DNA from: an uncultured Chloroflexia bacterium
Lineage (GTDB): Bacteria > Chloroflexota > Anaerolineae > CG2-30-64-16
Reading direction: 5' to 3'
Assembly: GCA_963774265.1 (NCBI GenBank)
Contig: CAVZDU010000002.1
Coordinates: 704,001-768,000 of the forward strand
Length of the DNA stretch: 64,000 nt
In this document: positions 40,028 through 52,700 of the stretch, one piece after another
Numbering within the stretch: position 1 is the first letter of the stretch
How the letters are laid out: each line of letters opens with the position of its first letter
Notes under the pieces: model-generated
The model's input: the letters and a program-made list of their open reading frames with translations, nothing else
The model's database searches: none
Told to the model about the DNA's origin: nothing
Translations under genes and position numbers: made by a program

Positions 40028-40855
40028 ATGGCAGAGACGATCGCGCTGGTCACGGGCGCCACCGGTGCGCTGGGCAAAGCCACGGCCAGCGCGCTGGCGA
40101 AAGCCGGAGCGGTCGTCTTGATGGTGGCGCGCGACCCGGTCCGTGGGGAGGCGGCGCGCCGCGAGGTCGAGGTGGCAACCGGCCGGCGTGCGGCCGCCCA
40201 TCTGCTGCTGGCGGACCTGTCCGATCTTGCATCGGTCCGGGATTTGGCGTCGCAGGTCACAGGGCAATTTGGCCGGCTGGATGGCTTGATTCACACGGCT
40301 GCGGTCTACCGCTCGAACCGCGTGCTGACTCCTGCTGGTTTCGAGTTGATGTTCGCGACCAATCACCTCGGCCCATTCCTCCTGACCCATCTGCTGCTGG
40401 AGCGCCTGAGGGCCAGCGCGCCGGCGCGCGTGTTGGTCGTGAGCGCGCCCTCCACCACCCGCCTGGATTTCGATGACCTGCAAGGTGAGCGGCGCTTCCG
40501 ATCGCTGTGGGCCTTCGGCGCGACCAAGATGGCGAACCTCCTCACCACCTTCGAGCTCGCACGGCGGCTGACGGGCAGCGGCGTGACGGCAAACACGTTC
40601 CATCCGGGCATCGTCAAGTCCAGCCTTATGGCAGAGGCGCCCGCGGTCATGCGCTGGATGACCCGCATGATCGGCGTTGCGCCTGCGAAGCCTGCCGCGG
40701 ACCTGGTCTATCTCGCCACGGCTGCTGAGTTGGAGGGGGTCAGCGGGCAGTTCTTCCGAGGGCGGAAGGTCATCCGGCCGGACGGGTATGCGCTCGACGA
40801 GCGTGTTCAGCACCAGCTCTGGGACGTCAGCCTGAAGCTGCTGGGGGTCGGATGA
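40028..40855 (+). CDS. SDR family oxidoreductase (retinol dehydrogenase-like; YxxxK appears as FGATK)
   Basis: VTGATGALG, DLSDLASVR, FATNHLGPFLLT, HPGIV. Confidence 0.88.
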   Translation: MAETIALVTGATGALGKATASALAKAGAVVLMVARDPVRGEAARREVEVATGRRAAAHLLLADLSDLASVRDLASQVTGQFGRLDGLIHTAAVYRSNRVLTPAGFELMFATNHLGPFLLTHLLLERLRASAPARVLVVSAPSTTRLDFDDLQGERRFRSLWAFGATKMANLLTTFELARRLTGSGVTANTFHPGIVKSSLMAEAPAVMRWMTRMIGVAPAKPAADLVYLATAAELEGVSGQFFRGRKVIRPDGYALDERVQHQLWDVSLKLLGVG

Positions 40856-41189
40856 TGCAACGTGTCGCTCTAGTCACAGGCGTAGCTGGCTAAGCGCAAG
40901 GGCTCCCAGAAGACCCGGGTCGACGTGCGCGGCCGCAGCTTCGAGTTGCTTTGCCGTGTGCTCGGCCCCTATCTGCGCGAACAAGCGCCGGCAAACGCGC
41001 ACCCAAACGGGCCCGGTGATTGCGTCGCGTTGCGGATATAACGAAGCCTCAGATCCCCCGGAGCGCCAGAGTGAATTGGGTCGGCGTGAGTGTTCGCCGG
41101 ACGCAAAGCGCGAAATTGGGTGTACAATCACTTCAGTTGACGTGTTCGCTCTTTGTGGAGACCCGCTTCATCACAAAGGAGACGCTCAC

Positions 41190-42776
41190 ATGGTCACCCG
41201 ACGCAAGATCCTCGTTTGTCTGCAGCTCGTCGTCGTCTTATTGATGGTATTGGGAGCGACTCCCGCATCCGCCGACCGCGTGATGCCGGAGAACAAAACA
41301 TCCGGAAAAGTCGACAACACCGCTCGTCACCTCAAGGCTGAGTTGAAGAAACGCGGCTTTGAGGTCGGCGAGGGCTATTTCCAGCTGTGGGGATCGAGGA
41401 CTGCCCGAAATCCTTCGCGGTGATGGGGACCTGCTACTTCAACAACCCCGACCGCGCCGTATGTGATGCCCGTCGTGCCCTACTGGCCGGATGAGTTCGT
41501 CGACCCGGCAACCCAGGGCGCATTCGGCGAGACCGACCCCGGCTACGGCACGACCTTCCGTTTTGACCCGAACGAAGCGATCGTCATCTTCGGGTTCCTG
41601 CCGCCGAAGGCCGCCTACTTCGGGCTACAGAGCTACCTGTTCACGCGCAAGGGCGAGTACCAGACGGACAACGATACGTACCGCTTCCTCGACTCAGATC
41701 GGCGCCAAGGACGTTTTCTTCCACACGGTCCCTCAAAATCCCGAGCGCATTGGGTCTTTCGACAGCCTGAGCAACAGCAACAACAACGTGGTCATCGAAC
41801 GGCAGTCAGGCGGAAGCTTGAACCAGTTCCGCTACTTCATCATCACGCCCGACCGGTACATGGATAAGCAGGTCCGCCAGGTCCTGCACAAGCTGTCGGT
41901 CGCGGATAAAGACATCTTCACCGAGGGCATCCCCTCGAACATGAGGATCGGTCTTGACGCAGACGCCGACGATTTCGCTGTCGGGCATTCGTTACTCGAT
42001 GCCGGACGACGGCGGCGAGGAAGGCACGCCCTCAGATGAGTGGAGACACAACCCGACCATGAGGCGTTCTGCGCATCCGCGACACCCGACCGCACCGGCC
42101 GCCTCAGCCTTACCCGGCTTGGGAGGACGACAGCCCCGAACCGAGGACAGCGGTACCCGAAGCGTACCTGAAGACCGATCTCACCCGTCTTGTGCAGAAA
42201 GTCAGCGAGGCATGGGGGCAACCTTGCGCCGACGCCAATTGCTCGGACAGAGGCCGTGTCCTTCATCGACACGCAGACCTACCCGTTCAACCTGGTTGGA
42301 CCGCTGTGCGACAATATCGGGATGGACTGTCTCGGCGACACGCAGGACGCAAGTTACCAGTTCCGGGGCGGCTTCGGGTTCGACAACGGCGAAGTCTATG
42401 CCGTGGTAGGAACCCTGGGCACGGCAACCGGAAATGCCACCTACGTGAGCTTGGGAGTCAACAACTTCCGCCTGAGGCTGGGCGCAGAGAACGTCGACGG
42501 CACGAAGCTCGTGGGCAGCGCGACCCGGAGTGGTACCCTGGAGTGGATAACCTGGACAAGCTCTACGTCTACTATTTCACCCGCCACTGTGAAGGCCTGG
42601 AAGAGCTGACCCACGGCTTCTGCTTGTCGGTGGAAGACACAGAGCTCGTGATCCCGCCCGGCGACAAGGCTTCGTTCGTCGAGCGTGATTACATGGGCGC
42701 GGGGACGCAGCGGGGGCCCGACTCGACGCTCACGCTGCCTTCCATGGTGCTCACACTTCAGAGGCCGGCGCAGTAA
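41190..42776 (+). CDS. Secreted hypothetical protein, split by several frameshifts
   Basis: AAGGAG RBS, signal peptide ending TPASA, coherent coding segments in successive frames ending LQRPAQ*. Confidence 0.65.
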
Positions 42777-42916
42777 GGAGCCCGGTTCCATCGCGCGGAG
42801 TGCGCTATGGCATGCGGGGGAGGGGGCGTCGCCGGATTGGACAGTGTCCCGTATTCGTGCTAGCATAGCTTATCAATTGTTCTGATATTAAAATCAATTG
42901 ATAGGCGCGGCGACGT

Positions 42917-45900
42917 ATGGCTACCGCTTCGGCAGGGACCGTCTCAGGCGTGCCTGCGGCGGGTTTCAGGCTCTCACTTCTTGGCCTGTTCAAACTGGAG
43001 CAGGACGGCAGGACAGTCCGCCTGCGGACGCGCAAAGAACAAGCCCTGCTCGCCTACCTGATCCTCCACCCCGACCGGCACACCCGTGAGGCGCTGGCAG
43101 AGATCTTCTGGGGCGACACACCCGAATTGCAGGCCAGGGCCTCGCTGCGCGCCGCGCTCGCCGACCTGCGCGGCGCCCTGGGTCCCGATATGCTGCTGAC
43201 CGACCGCGTGATCGCTCAGTTCAATCCTTCCGCTGCCATATCGGTCGACGTCCTCGAGTTCCAGAACCAGGCTGCGGCCTTTCTCAGCCAGGAGCAGCCC
43301 GATCCCTCCACCTTCAACCCCTGCGTGTACGAGGGCGAATTGCTGGTCGGCCATTATGACGACTGGGTGCTGATCGAGCGCGAGCGCCTGCACCAGCTCT
43401 ACATGGACACGCTGCTCCACCGCGTCACCTGCCTGCGCTCGTTGGCCCGCTACGACGAGGCCATTGCCGCCGCCCAGCAGGTCCTTACCCTGGACCGCGC
43501 CGAGGAGCGCGCGCACCAGCACCTGATCTTCCTTTATTCCGTCACCGGCAACCGGGCCGCCGCCCTGCGCCAGCTCGAAATCTGCCGCCGCAGCCTTAAG
43601 AAGAACTCGACGTGGAGCCGTCGCCTGAAACCCTGGCCCTCCTCGATTCCATCACCTCCGACCCTGCCAAGGAAGCGGTGCATGCCGGCTACACCAACCT
43701 GCCCAACCCGCTCACCAGCTTTGTCGGCCGCGAGTCCGAACTGGCCGCAGTCAGCCGCCTGTTCCTCGCCGGCTGCTTGCCTCAGAACGGCGCTCGGCTG
43801 GTGACCCTCACCGGAGCAGGCGGAAGCGGCAAGACGCGCCTGGCGATCCAGTTGGCTCGCTCTCTGCTCCCCAGCTACCGCCACGGCGCCTGGTGGGTCG
43901 ATCTGAGCTCGCTGGCCGACGCTTCGCTGGTGCCCGATACCGTCCTTGCCGCCCTGGGGGTCGCGCCACCGCCCGGCCTCCCGCCCACGCAGGCCCTGCT
44001 CGGCTACCTCCGCAGCCGCACGCTCCTCCTCGCGCTGGACAACTGCGAGCACCTAGCCGAGGCCTGCGCCCATCTGGTGGCGGCGATCCTGCAGGCAAGC
44101 CCCGGTGTCCAGGTGCTGGCGACCAGCCGTGAGCCGCTCGGGGTTCCCGGCGAGCAGTTGTGGCCCGTCCCCACCTTCGCGGTTCCGGCCGTTGGGGACA
44201 ACAGGCATCACACAGATGCGGAGACCCTGCTCAGCTACGACGCCGTCCGCCTTTTCGTGGAAAGGGCCAGGATGCACCGGCCCGCCTTCAGCCTCGGCGA
44301 GCAGAATGCCGACCAGGTGGCCGAGATCTGCCGCCGCCTCGACGGCATCCCCCTGGCCATCGAGCTGGCCGCCGCCCGCGTCCGCACGATGGAAGTCAGT
44401 GACGTCCTCGTCCGCCTGCAGAACCGGCTGCGCCTGCTGGCCGCCGGCAGCACCCTGGCTCCCCCACGCCAACAAACCCTGCGCGCCTCCATCGACTGGA
44501 GCTACAACCTGCTCTCGCCCGCCGAATGCCGCCTGCTCCAGCGTCTGGCCGTCTTTGTGGGCGGCTGCACGCTGGCCGCGGCCGAGGCCGTCTGCGCGGA
44601 TGACGCGCTGCCCGTGGACGAAATCGTCGACCTGCTGGGCCACCTGGTCGATCGCTCCCTGGTCATCGCGGAAGGCGGGCGCTACCGCTTCCTCGAGACG
44701 ATCCGTGAGTACGCGCTGGAGAGGCTGAACGACACGGGCGAAGCGGTTACCCTGCGCGAGCGGCATGCCGGCTATTTTGCCGGCTATCTCGAGGACCGGT
44801 ACGAGCGGATCCTGGGGGGCGAGCAATATCACGTGATCATGGATATCGAAGTCGAGATCGGCAACGTCCGAGCCGCCTGGGACTGGGCATTGACCGGCCG
44901 CCGCGGCGATCTCCTGCGCCGCTCGGCCGATAGCCTCCACTGGTATTACGAGATGCACAATCGGTTCAACGAGGGCGAAGCGCTGTTCGGCCGGACTGTG
45001 CAGACGCTGAAGGACGACCCGAGTTGCGACCGCACCCTGCTCGCCGGGCTGTGCGCCAGGCACGGCTACTACCTGGGCCGGCTGGGCAGGCTGGCGGATG
45101 CGCGCCAACAGCTCGAGTGGGCCAGCGCACACTTGCGCCAGGTAGACGAGCGCTCCGAACTGGCCCTGGCGCTGACGTTTCTGGGGACGATCGTCTGGCA
45201 AGAGGGCGATTTCCCCCAGGCTCGTGCGCTTCTGGAGGAGAGCCTGGGACTCAACCGGATAATAGGCGACCGGCATTGGATGTCGCTCAGCCTCTTCTTC
45301 CTCGCTCTGGTCGAGCACTCCAGCGGCAATGAGGCCCAGGCCGATCAGTACTTTGACGAGACCCTGGCCCTCGGTCACGCGACCGGCCAGCCCCGCATGA
45401 TCTCCATGACGTCAGTCTTCTCCGCGCCCACTCTCCTTGCGCTCGGCAGGTATGCAGAAGCCAGGGAGCGTCTGCAGGCAGGCCTGGAGCTGGCGCGCAC
45501 GAGCCACGATTGGTGGCTGGTGAGCACCACGTTGGCGAACCTCGGCATCCTCCTGCATACCCAGGGTGACCACGCCGGCGCCAAGACGGCTCTGCTCGAA
45601 GCCGTGTCGCTTACGCAAGAGAGCGGCAACCGCTGGGATCAGGCGTGGGTCGAGGTCAGTCTGGGCGATGTCTACCTGGCCCTGCATGACGCGGCGCAGG
45701 CTGAGAACCATTACCGCTCTGCCCTGCAGCTCGCGTTCGAGGGCGCTGCCATCCCCATCGCTCTGGATGCGCTGGCCGGTTTCGCCACCCTGCACGCGCA
45801 GGCCGGAGATCGCGAGTGGGCGCTGGAGATCGCCGGGCAGGTGGCGGCCCACCCGGCCAGCACCGGCAACGCCCGCGCCCGGGTAACCGAGGTGGTCCGC

Positions 45901-45996
45901 CTGCTGGATCCGGACTCCGCGACCCCGCTGCCCGCGGCCGCCACTGGAACTTTTGAGGATATGGTCCACCGCATTCTTGCCGCCACCACCTCGTGA
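42917..45996 (+). CDS. AfsR/SARP-type regulator: BTAD + STAND ATPase + TPR; one frameshift near 43600
   Basis: ALLAYLIL, EERAHQHL, NLPNPLTSFVGRE, GAGGSGKTRLA, LDNCEHL, LDGIPLAIELAAAR. Confidence 0.9.
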
Positions 45997-46161
45997 CGCG
46001 GCCCGCCCGGCCCCGACCCGAGCCCCCTTGCCTGCCCATTCCTGTGCATGACGGCGGGATGCTAACGAAGGATACGTGTCATTCGCTTTTTTTGTGGGGC
46101 GCACCAGGATCAGCGGAATTTCCCGTGTAGCCCGTTTCTATCTTGCGGCGCCCTATTTCGG

Positions 46162-46980
46162 TTAGCCGCCGGCTTTACGGCCCCATACCTGCGTGACGAT
46201 AAAACTCATAACGGTTGTGTCTGGATCCCCCGCAATTTGCTCGCACTCCGCCAGGGCTTCGTCCAGCGCCCGCTCGCTGAGGATCCCTGCGTCCAGGATC
46301 CGTCTGCGCAGCGACGTGGCCAACTGAATGGGCATGCGCCGGTAGGGGTGAGGCGCTGGCAGGGCCAACACCGCGGCGCGGATCTGGACGTCTTCCAGTC
46401 CGGCGCGACGCAGCATCGCAAACGTCCGGGTTCCTACGGAGAAGTCGCCTCCCGCTGCTGCAAACGCAGCCAAGATTGCGTCTCTTACCTGCGCCCATCC
46501 CGACCGGGCCGGATAGCAGTTCCACGAGCTGGCATCAGGCTCTTCAATGGCCACCACGCCGCCGGGACAGGTCAGGTCCAACATCTCATGTAGCAAACCC
46601 TCGTCTTGGCCTACCGGCGCGAAGACGAAGCGAACATGTGTCAGGTCAAAAGACCCGCAGGGCAGGCTGGTCCGATAGGCGTCCTGCTCAACGATTTCGA
46701 CATTGTGCAACTGCTTCTCACGAATGTAGTCCCGAGCGGCTACCAGTTGTTCGGCGTTGTTCTCCACTCCGATAACGCGACCGTGAATGCCCACGCGCCG
46801 GCTGAGGGCGCCCAGGACGCCCATGCCTCCGCACCCCAGGTCAGCACAGATCCATCCGGGCTGAATGCCGACCTGGTCGAACATGGCCTCTGCCGCCGGC
46901 TCCCACACGCGTGCTTGAAGACCGAGCCGCTCCAGTTCGGCTGTCCCTTCAGCCAAGAGGTAACTGCTTGCGTCGGACAT
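46162..46980 (-). CDS. Class I SAM-dependent methyltransferase
   Basis: ELERLGLQA, DLGCGGMG, SFDLTHVRF, PGGVVAIEE. Confidence 0.9.
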   Translation of the reverse strand: MSDASSYLLAEGTAELERLGLQARVWEPAAEAMFDQVGIQPGWICADLGCGGMGVLGALSRRVGIHGRVIGVENNAEQLVAARDYIREKQLHNVEIVEQDAYRTSLPCGSFDLTHVRFVFAPVGQDEGLLHEMLDLTCPGGVVAIEEPDASSWNCYPARSGWAQVRDAILAAFAAAGGDFSVGTRTFAMLRRAGLEDVQIRAAVLALPAPHPYRRMPIQLATSLRRRILDAGILSERALDEALAECEQIAGDPDTTVMSFIVTQVWGRKAGG

Positions 46981-47016
46981 CGCGTTTTCTCCTTTGCTGG
47001 CCGTCCGTGTTACTCG

Positions 47017-48207
47017 TCAGTGCGGCCCGGCGAGCGCCTGCTTGATGCGCTGCAGCGCCTCCTCCAAGACAGCGCGCGGGCAGGCGAAATTCAGACGCAC
47101 ACAAGAAACTCCGCCTGGTCCATACGGAGCGCCGTCCGACAACGCCACTTTGGCTTTCTGGAGGAAGAACTCGGAGGGCGAACCTGAAATGATACCTGCG
47201 CGGATGTACTCTGCGCAGTCAAGCCACGCCAGGGTGGTGGCATCGGGGATCGTCGTGGCCAGGCCCGGAAGTTCTTGCTTGACGAAGGCGACCAACGCGT
47301 CGCGGTTTGCGGTCAGGTAGGCCCGCACCGCGGCCAGCCACTCGTCGCAAGCCCCGCTGTAGGCCACGCGTGCCGCGATCAGCCCTGCGGAGCTCGGAAA
47401 CAGCGAAAAGCGCCCAAGCTCTTGAGTGAAGCGTTCCCGGCGGACGGCATCGGGGATGACTGCGAAGGCACAGACCAAACCTGACATATTGTAGGCCTTG
47501 CCGGGACCGAACAGCGTGATCGTCCGCTCCCCAATCTGCGGCGCCAGGGCAGCGACGGGGGTGTAAGCTGCTCCCCCTAAGAGCAGTTCGTGGTGGATGT
47601 CGTCTGAGCAGAGCAAGATGTCTTTTTCCTCACAAAGGCTCGCCAGGCGCGTCAATTCATCCACCGACCAGAGCCGCCCGATGGGGTTGTGCGGGTTGCA
47701 GAGCAGGAACATGCCTGTTCTTGCGCCGTCATGGATCGCCCGCCTGACCAGATCGAGGTCAAGTTCGTAGTGGATGATTTGACCCTGATCGACGCGGCGC
47801 AGGGGAGCCATCTGCCGGACCAGGCCAAAGGCGGCGGGAAAGTCGACAAAATCGTAGAATACCGGCGGCTGCATCAGTACGCCTTCGCCCGCTCGGCAAG
47901 CGGTGGCCGCGGCCACCCGATAGCCGATATTGACATTGGGTAGCGCGACAATCGACTCCGGCGTTACCGTCCAGCCCCACATCAGCTGGAGTCGCCCTGC
48001 GATGAGCTCGAGCAAGGACGAGGAAGCGAACTCATAGCCCAGGATGCCGTGATCGAGGGCGGCGCGCAGCGCGCGAAGAATAGGCTCTGGTGTGCGAAAG
48101 TCCATGTCTGCGATCCACAGCGGAAGCACATCCTCAGGGTACCAGTTCCATTTGTTCAGGTTCGCGATCGAGCGACGGTCGATGCGAGAGTCAAAATCGT
48201 AGGACAT
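47017..48207 (-). CDS. MalY/PatB family PLP-dependent C-S lyase
   Basis: YDFD, LPLWIADMDF, LCNPHNPIG, SDDIH, PGKAYN, RLNFACPR. Confidence 0.92.
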   Translation of the reverse strand: MSYDFDSRIDRRSIANLNKWNWYPEDVLPLWIADMDFRTPEPILRALRAALDHGILGYEFASSSLLELIAGRLQLMWGWTVTPESIVALPNVNIGYRVAAATACRAGEGVLMQPPVFYDFVDFPAAFGLVRQMAPLRRVDQGQIIHYELDLDLVRRAIHDGARTGMFLLCNPHNPIGRLWSVDELTRLASLCEEKDILLCSDDIHHELLLGGAAYTPVAALAPQIGERTITLFGPGKAYNMSGLVCAFAVIPDAVRRERFTQELGRFSLFPSSAGLIAARVAYSGACDEWLAAVRAYLTANRDALVAFVKQELPGLATTIPDATTLAWLDCAEYIRAGIISGSPSEFFLQKAKVALSDGAPYGPGGVSCVRLNFACPRAVLEEALQRIKQALAGPH

Positions 48208-48599
48208 TAGGCTTGCCTCCTGTATAGTTGGCCCCATTGTAAAGACCACGGATGAGCCGAAATAAGGAGAGAGACAACAGCCATCATGCGAAATGCACCT
48301 CGACGGGGGTGCGGTAGTCCAAACCACGCTGCAATTACGGGCGAATCTTGGCCTGCGCGGCACCTTGGCTCGTGTAGGTGGTCCAGTTGTCAGAGCTAAC
48401 TATAGGTAGCATTTACGCAAGCCATGGATACAGAAAGCTGGTATTCCTGGCCAATCAGCTTTGAAAACAGACTTCTCTTTTATTATACACGACTGTTACC
48501 GGCTTTCAATTCAAAGATCCATCAGCCATAGTTGTGGAATTCGGCTCGATTTGGCTCTCTGTCTCGTCAGCGTTGTGTCGCTGCCGTGCAGGAAGGAGG

Positions 48600-49000
48600 G
48601 TGATCCCATTTCCGGCACGTATTCCAGGAGGCTTTCTCGTAAGGAGTTGTTCGCCCTTCAGCATCCCGAGGGTTATTGGGGCGACGATGAAACGAAACCA
48701 TACACTGCGCAGGGGGCTGTGGCCGCACTCAGCTTGCTGTACATGCTGGGCGTGACTCCCGACACGCGTACCGCGGCCGGCTGTGATTCCTTCCTGAAAT
48801 TCTGCCAGCATGAGAGCGGCGGCTTCTCATTGAAGACATGTCAACTGACGATGCACTGGATTGCGGACGCTACCAGCATCGCGATTGCTTATGGGGCTCA
48901 ATCGCGGCGCTCAATGGCTTGGCTGCGCTCCCCACCGGCATGCGATCGGCGCAGTCCAAACGAGTGGTGAAGCACTTGGCGAGTGCCTTGCTCGATGCCA
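48600..49000 (+). pseudogene. Remnant of a prenyltransferase-repeat-like protein
   Basis: LFALQHPEGYWG..LLYMLG..QHESGGFS; no good start and the frame breaks down. Confidence 0.4.
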
Positions 49001-49133
49001 GGTAAGATTTTGAAGGTGAGCACAAACGCTGGCTGACGTTCGGTGTGCCTCACGTGTGGGACTTGCTGAGTGCGCTCAAGGCGCGGGCCGGCTGATGTTC
49101 GACACAAGAGCCGGCCCGCGTACGGTCGCCGCC

Positions 49134-49610
49134 TCAGTCCGGACTCAACGGAGGTCCCAGCAACGACATATTGTATTTCTCGAACAGCGGCCCGAGCACC
49201 TTGGGATCGGGCGGGCCGTTGCGCGCAGCCGGGCCAAACTCCTCATAAAACTTGTGCCCGCCGCCCGGCGTATAGACCACGATGATCTCGCCCTGCTCAT
49301 CGGTCAGATTCAAGAAGGCGTGTGGGACTTTCGAGGGCAGATAGGCGAACCCTCCCTCGTCGCAGTAGTAAATCCCATCGCCGATCCGGACCTTGAACCG
49401 GCCCTTCAGCACGTGGATGGTTTCCTCTTGCCCGTGATGAACGTGCAGCGGAGGGCCGCCTTTCGGCGCGACCTGGACGATGAAGTAGTCGAACTGCCCG
49501 CCCGTATCATCGCCGGTGACCTTAAAGATCAGGTCTCTGCCCGGCCCTGAGTGCAAGATCAGACCCTCACCCGCGGCCAGGACCTTGTCTTGTCTGAGTG
49601 CGACTGCCAT
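49134..49610 (-). CDS. Cupin domain protein (quercetin dioxygenase-like)
   Basis: GPPLHVHHGQEETIHVLKG, PSKVPHAF; GGGAGG RBS. Confidence 0.9.
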   Translation of the reverse strand: MAVALRQDKVLAAGEGLILHSGPGRDLIFKVTGDDTGGQFDYFIVQVAPKGGPPLHVHHGQEETIHVLKGRFKVRIGDGIYYCDEGGFAYLPSKVPHAFLNLTDEQGEIIVVYTPGGGHKFYEEFGPAARNGPPDPKVLGPLFEKYNMSLLGPPLSPD

Positions 49611-49657
49611 GACTGTGCCTCCCTTTCAAACACTGATCAATTCATACTGATGATTTG

Positions 49658-49712
49658 AGTATAGGACGGGGGGGTCAAAGGAACGTCAACGGTGGCGTCA
49701 AGGCTGCGTCAA
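49658..49712 (-). promoter_or_regulatory. SARP-type promoter: four TTGAC direct repeats upstream of a TATACT -10
   Basis: GTCAA on the + strand at 49674, 49685, 49697 and 49708; AGTATA at 49658-49663. Confidence 0.65.
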
Positions 49713-49716
49713 GCAT

Positions 49717-52700
49717 TCAGGCGTGTGAGAGCGACAGTTCCAGGTGGTCGATTTCCTCGAGCAGGCGCCCATAGCTGCCCTGCTCGGCTGCCCGGCGGGC
49801 TTCCTGCAGGCGGCGGCGCCCTTCGTCCGGCGGCAGTAGGGGGACAAGCCAGATGCGGATCCGTACGCCCAGATGCGAGGCGCCAATGCTGTCCGCGGCT
49901 GCGAGCCGCGTCGCGAAATCGCTGCCCGGCCAGCTCGTCCTGGCCGCGGCGTTTGGCCACGAGGCCCAGGTTGGCCGTCAAGCCCGCGATCCGCTCGGGG
50001 ACCGGCACCTGGCGGGCTAGATCGAGCCCCTGGATGAAGTAGTCGTCGGCAGCGTCTACATCGCCGCCGGCCAGCGCGATCTCGCCGGCGGTCGAGTACA
50101 GGTAGGCGAGATGCGACAACGAGCCCCGCTCCCGCGCCAGGCGAATGCCGGCCTGGATCTGCTCGCTGGCCTCGGGGTCACCGACCAGATGCAGGTAGTA
50201 GGCCAGATTGTTGTGCAGCAGGATCCGGCGCAAAAGATCCAGTTGGCGTTCATCGCTGCGCGCCAGGTCGAAAGCCGAGCGGTAGAGGGCTATCGCCTCG
50301 GCAAAACGACCCTGCTGGCCCAGGGCGCCCGCCAACGCGTATTTGACCTGCGGCCGGGTGATTGCGCTGGCAAACGCCGAAGGCCCATCGAGCAGCTTCT
50401 CGGCCTCACGCAGGTGGTATTCGGCCTCAACGGGATGGGCGCTGTCCAGCACCAGGCTGCTGCCCCAGATGAATTCCGCGCAGGCCGCAAGCTCGGGCGG
50501 GCCTGCAGCGCGCAGCTGACGGCCCAGGGCGATTGAATCGGCATAGCGGGTCTGCGGAAAAAGCGACATGCTCAGCGCAAGATAGGCGGCCTCCTCAACG
50601 GAAAGCGAGCCAATCGCGCCGGCCAGGCGTACGGCGGTTTGGAAGTCCGCTGTCGCCGAAGCAAAGTCGCCCTTATGAAAGCGGGCAAAGCCCAGGTCAA
50701 GGTAGATCAAGGCCTGCTGCGACGGGCTGGGAGCGGCCGCAAGCGCGCTTTCGTAGTGGGCCATGGCTTCTACCCATGCTGCTAGGCTGGCAGCGTACTG
50801 TCCGGCCCGATAAGCGTGAGGCGCGGCACGTTCCGGTGCATGACCGTCCAGGAAGTGCCGTGCGATCAACCCCGCCGCATCAGGCCGGTCGCGATGGGTC
50901 CGTTCCAGCACCTCCGCCACCCGGCGGTGTAGGTGCCGTAGGCGCATCTCCCCCATGTCCTGGACCACGACCTGCAAGGTCAGGTTGTGGTCGAACGTGA
51001 GGACCTCGGGAGCATACGGTCGGAGCAGCCCGACGCCCTGCAACTGCTCGAGCGCCTCGAGAGCCTCGTCCTCGGACGCGAACGCTACCTGCCGTACCAG
51101 CTCGAAATCGAAATGCTGGCCCACCGCCGCCGCACTGCGCAGCAGATGGCGCGCGTTCTCCGGCAGCCGGAGCAGACGTGACTGGATCAGGCTTTGGATT
51201 GTGGGTGGCAGCACGAGTTGGGCGGCCAAGACCGCGGGGTCGATCTTGCCATCGCTGCTCAAGGAACCGTTCTGGCGCGCAAGGCGGACGAGTTCGGTCA
51301 GGAAATAGGGATTGCCTTCCGCATGCAGGTTCAGCCACTCCGCAAGCGCTTTGCTCTGCGTGGGGCTCAGATGCTCTGCTACCCGGTGCACTTCGGACGG
51401 CGGCAAGGCCTCCAGCGATAACTGCGCCAGCAGGTCATGGCGCAGGAGGTCACGGACCAGGGTCGCCAGACGCGACCTATCGTCGACCGGCCGGGTCGTG
51501 GCCAGCAAGATGGGCCCGGCCGCCGCGGCTTGTTGGCTGCGCGCTGCGTACCCCAGCCAGCCAATTGTCGCCTCGTCTGCCCAGTGAAGATCGTCGAGAA
51601 AGAGGCAAACCATACAGCGCCGGCCAAGAGCTTGCAGGAAGCGCAGGAGACTTGCCCAGACGCGTGTCTCATCGGCGGGCTGGGCCTGTGGCGGTACTGC
51701 AGGGAAACTGGTCTGCAGCTCGGGCACCAGGCGGATCACATCGGCGAGCCACAGCGGAGCGAGGTCGAGTTCGCGGCGCCAGGCCGGCCACTCGGGAAGC
51801 GCCAACAGGGTGCGCAGGGCGTCCATGATAGGGTGGTAGGGGAGACCTTGCTCCAGCTCGTGACCTATGCCGCGCAGCACTGCTACCGGAGGCGCGTCCT
51901 GCACCGATCTGCCGATGAATTCCTCGGCCAGGCGCGTCTTGCCGATGCCGGGTTCGCCCGCGATGAGAATCAGCTTGCCGCTGCCGGCGAGACCCCTCAA
52001 AGTGCTCAGCTCGGCGCTGCGGCCGACGAACGGCAGGGCGTCGGGAGTTGCGGCAGCACGGCGCCCTGTGGGAGCGCGGAGGCGTTCCGCAGCTCGTGCC
52101 GCAGGCGCTGCCTGCGGCACGGCGGGCGAGGCTGCCAGGGTATCCGTGATGATGGCGTCGTAGAGCGCCCGGGTCTCCGGCATGGGCGGTACACCCAGCT
52201 CGTCGCCCAGCACCTTGCACAGCGCTTCGAAGCGGCGGACCGCGCCCGCTCGATCGCCGTTCAGGTAATGCAGGCGCATGGCGTCCCGCTGGAGGTCCTC
52301 TTGCATCGGATCGAAGGCGAGCCCACGTTCAAGGGCCTGCAGCGAGGCGCCGTAATCGCGTAGACCTTCATGAATATGCGCGGCGCGCACGAAGCCGCGG
52401 ATGGCCATGATCCGGTAGCGATCCCGTTCCGACGCCGTCCAATCGTCGAACTCAGGCGAATCGGCCAGTGTGAAGCCTTCCAGGAAGGGGCCACGATAGA
52501 GGTCGAGGGCTGCCAGCAATGCCGGCGCATCGGCTTCTCCCAGGGCGCGGCCGTGCGGCGACTCCAGTGCTGCGGCAAAGGTTCGGGCGTCGACAAAGGT
52601 GTCGCTCGCCAGCCGCAACGTCTCGTCTTCCACATAAAGACGCTCGCCGGTCGCCTTGCGCAGATCGCTGAGCATGGTCCGCAGAATGTGCTGCGCCGCG

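Noticed and set aside
40874-41131. Short minus-strand ORF resembling a TPR C-terminal remnant
   Set aside because: No RBS or diagnostic motif; too weak to call.
46060-46167. attC after the methyltransferase gene (GGCTAAC...GTTAGCA on the minus strand)
   Set aside because: End boxes are present but there is no convincing internal L-box pairing.
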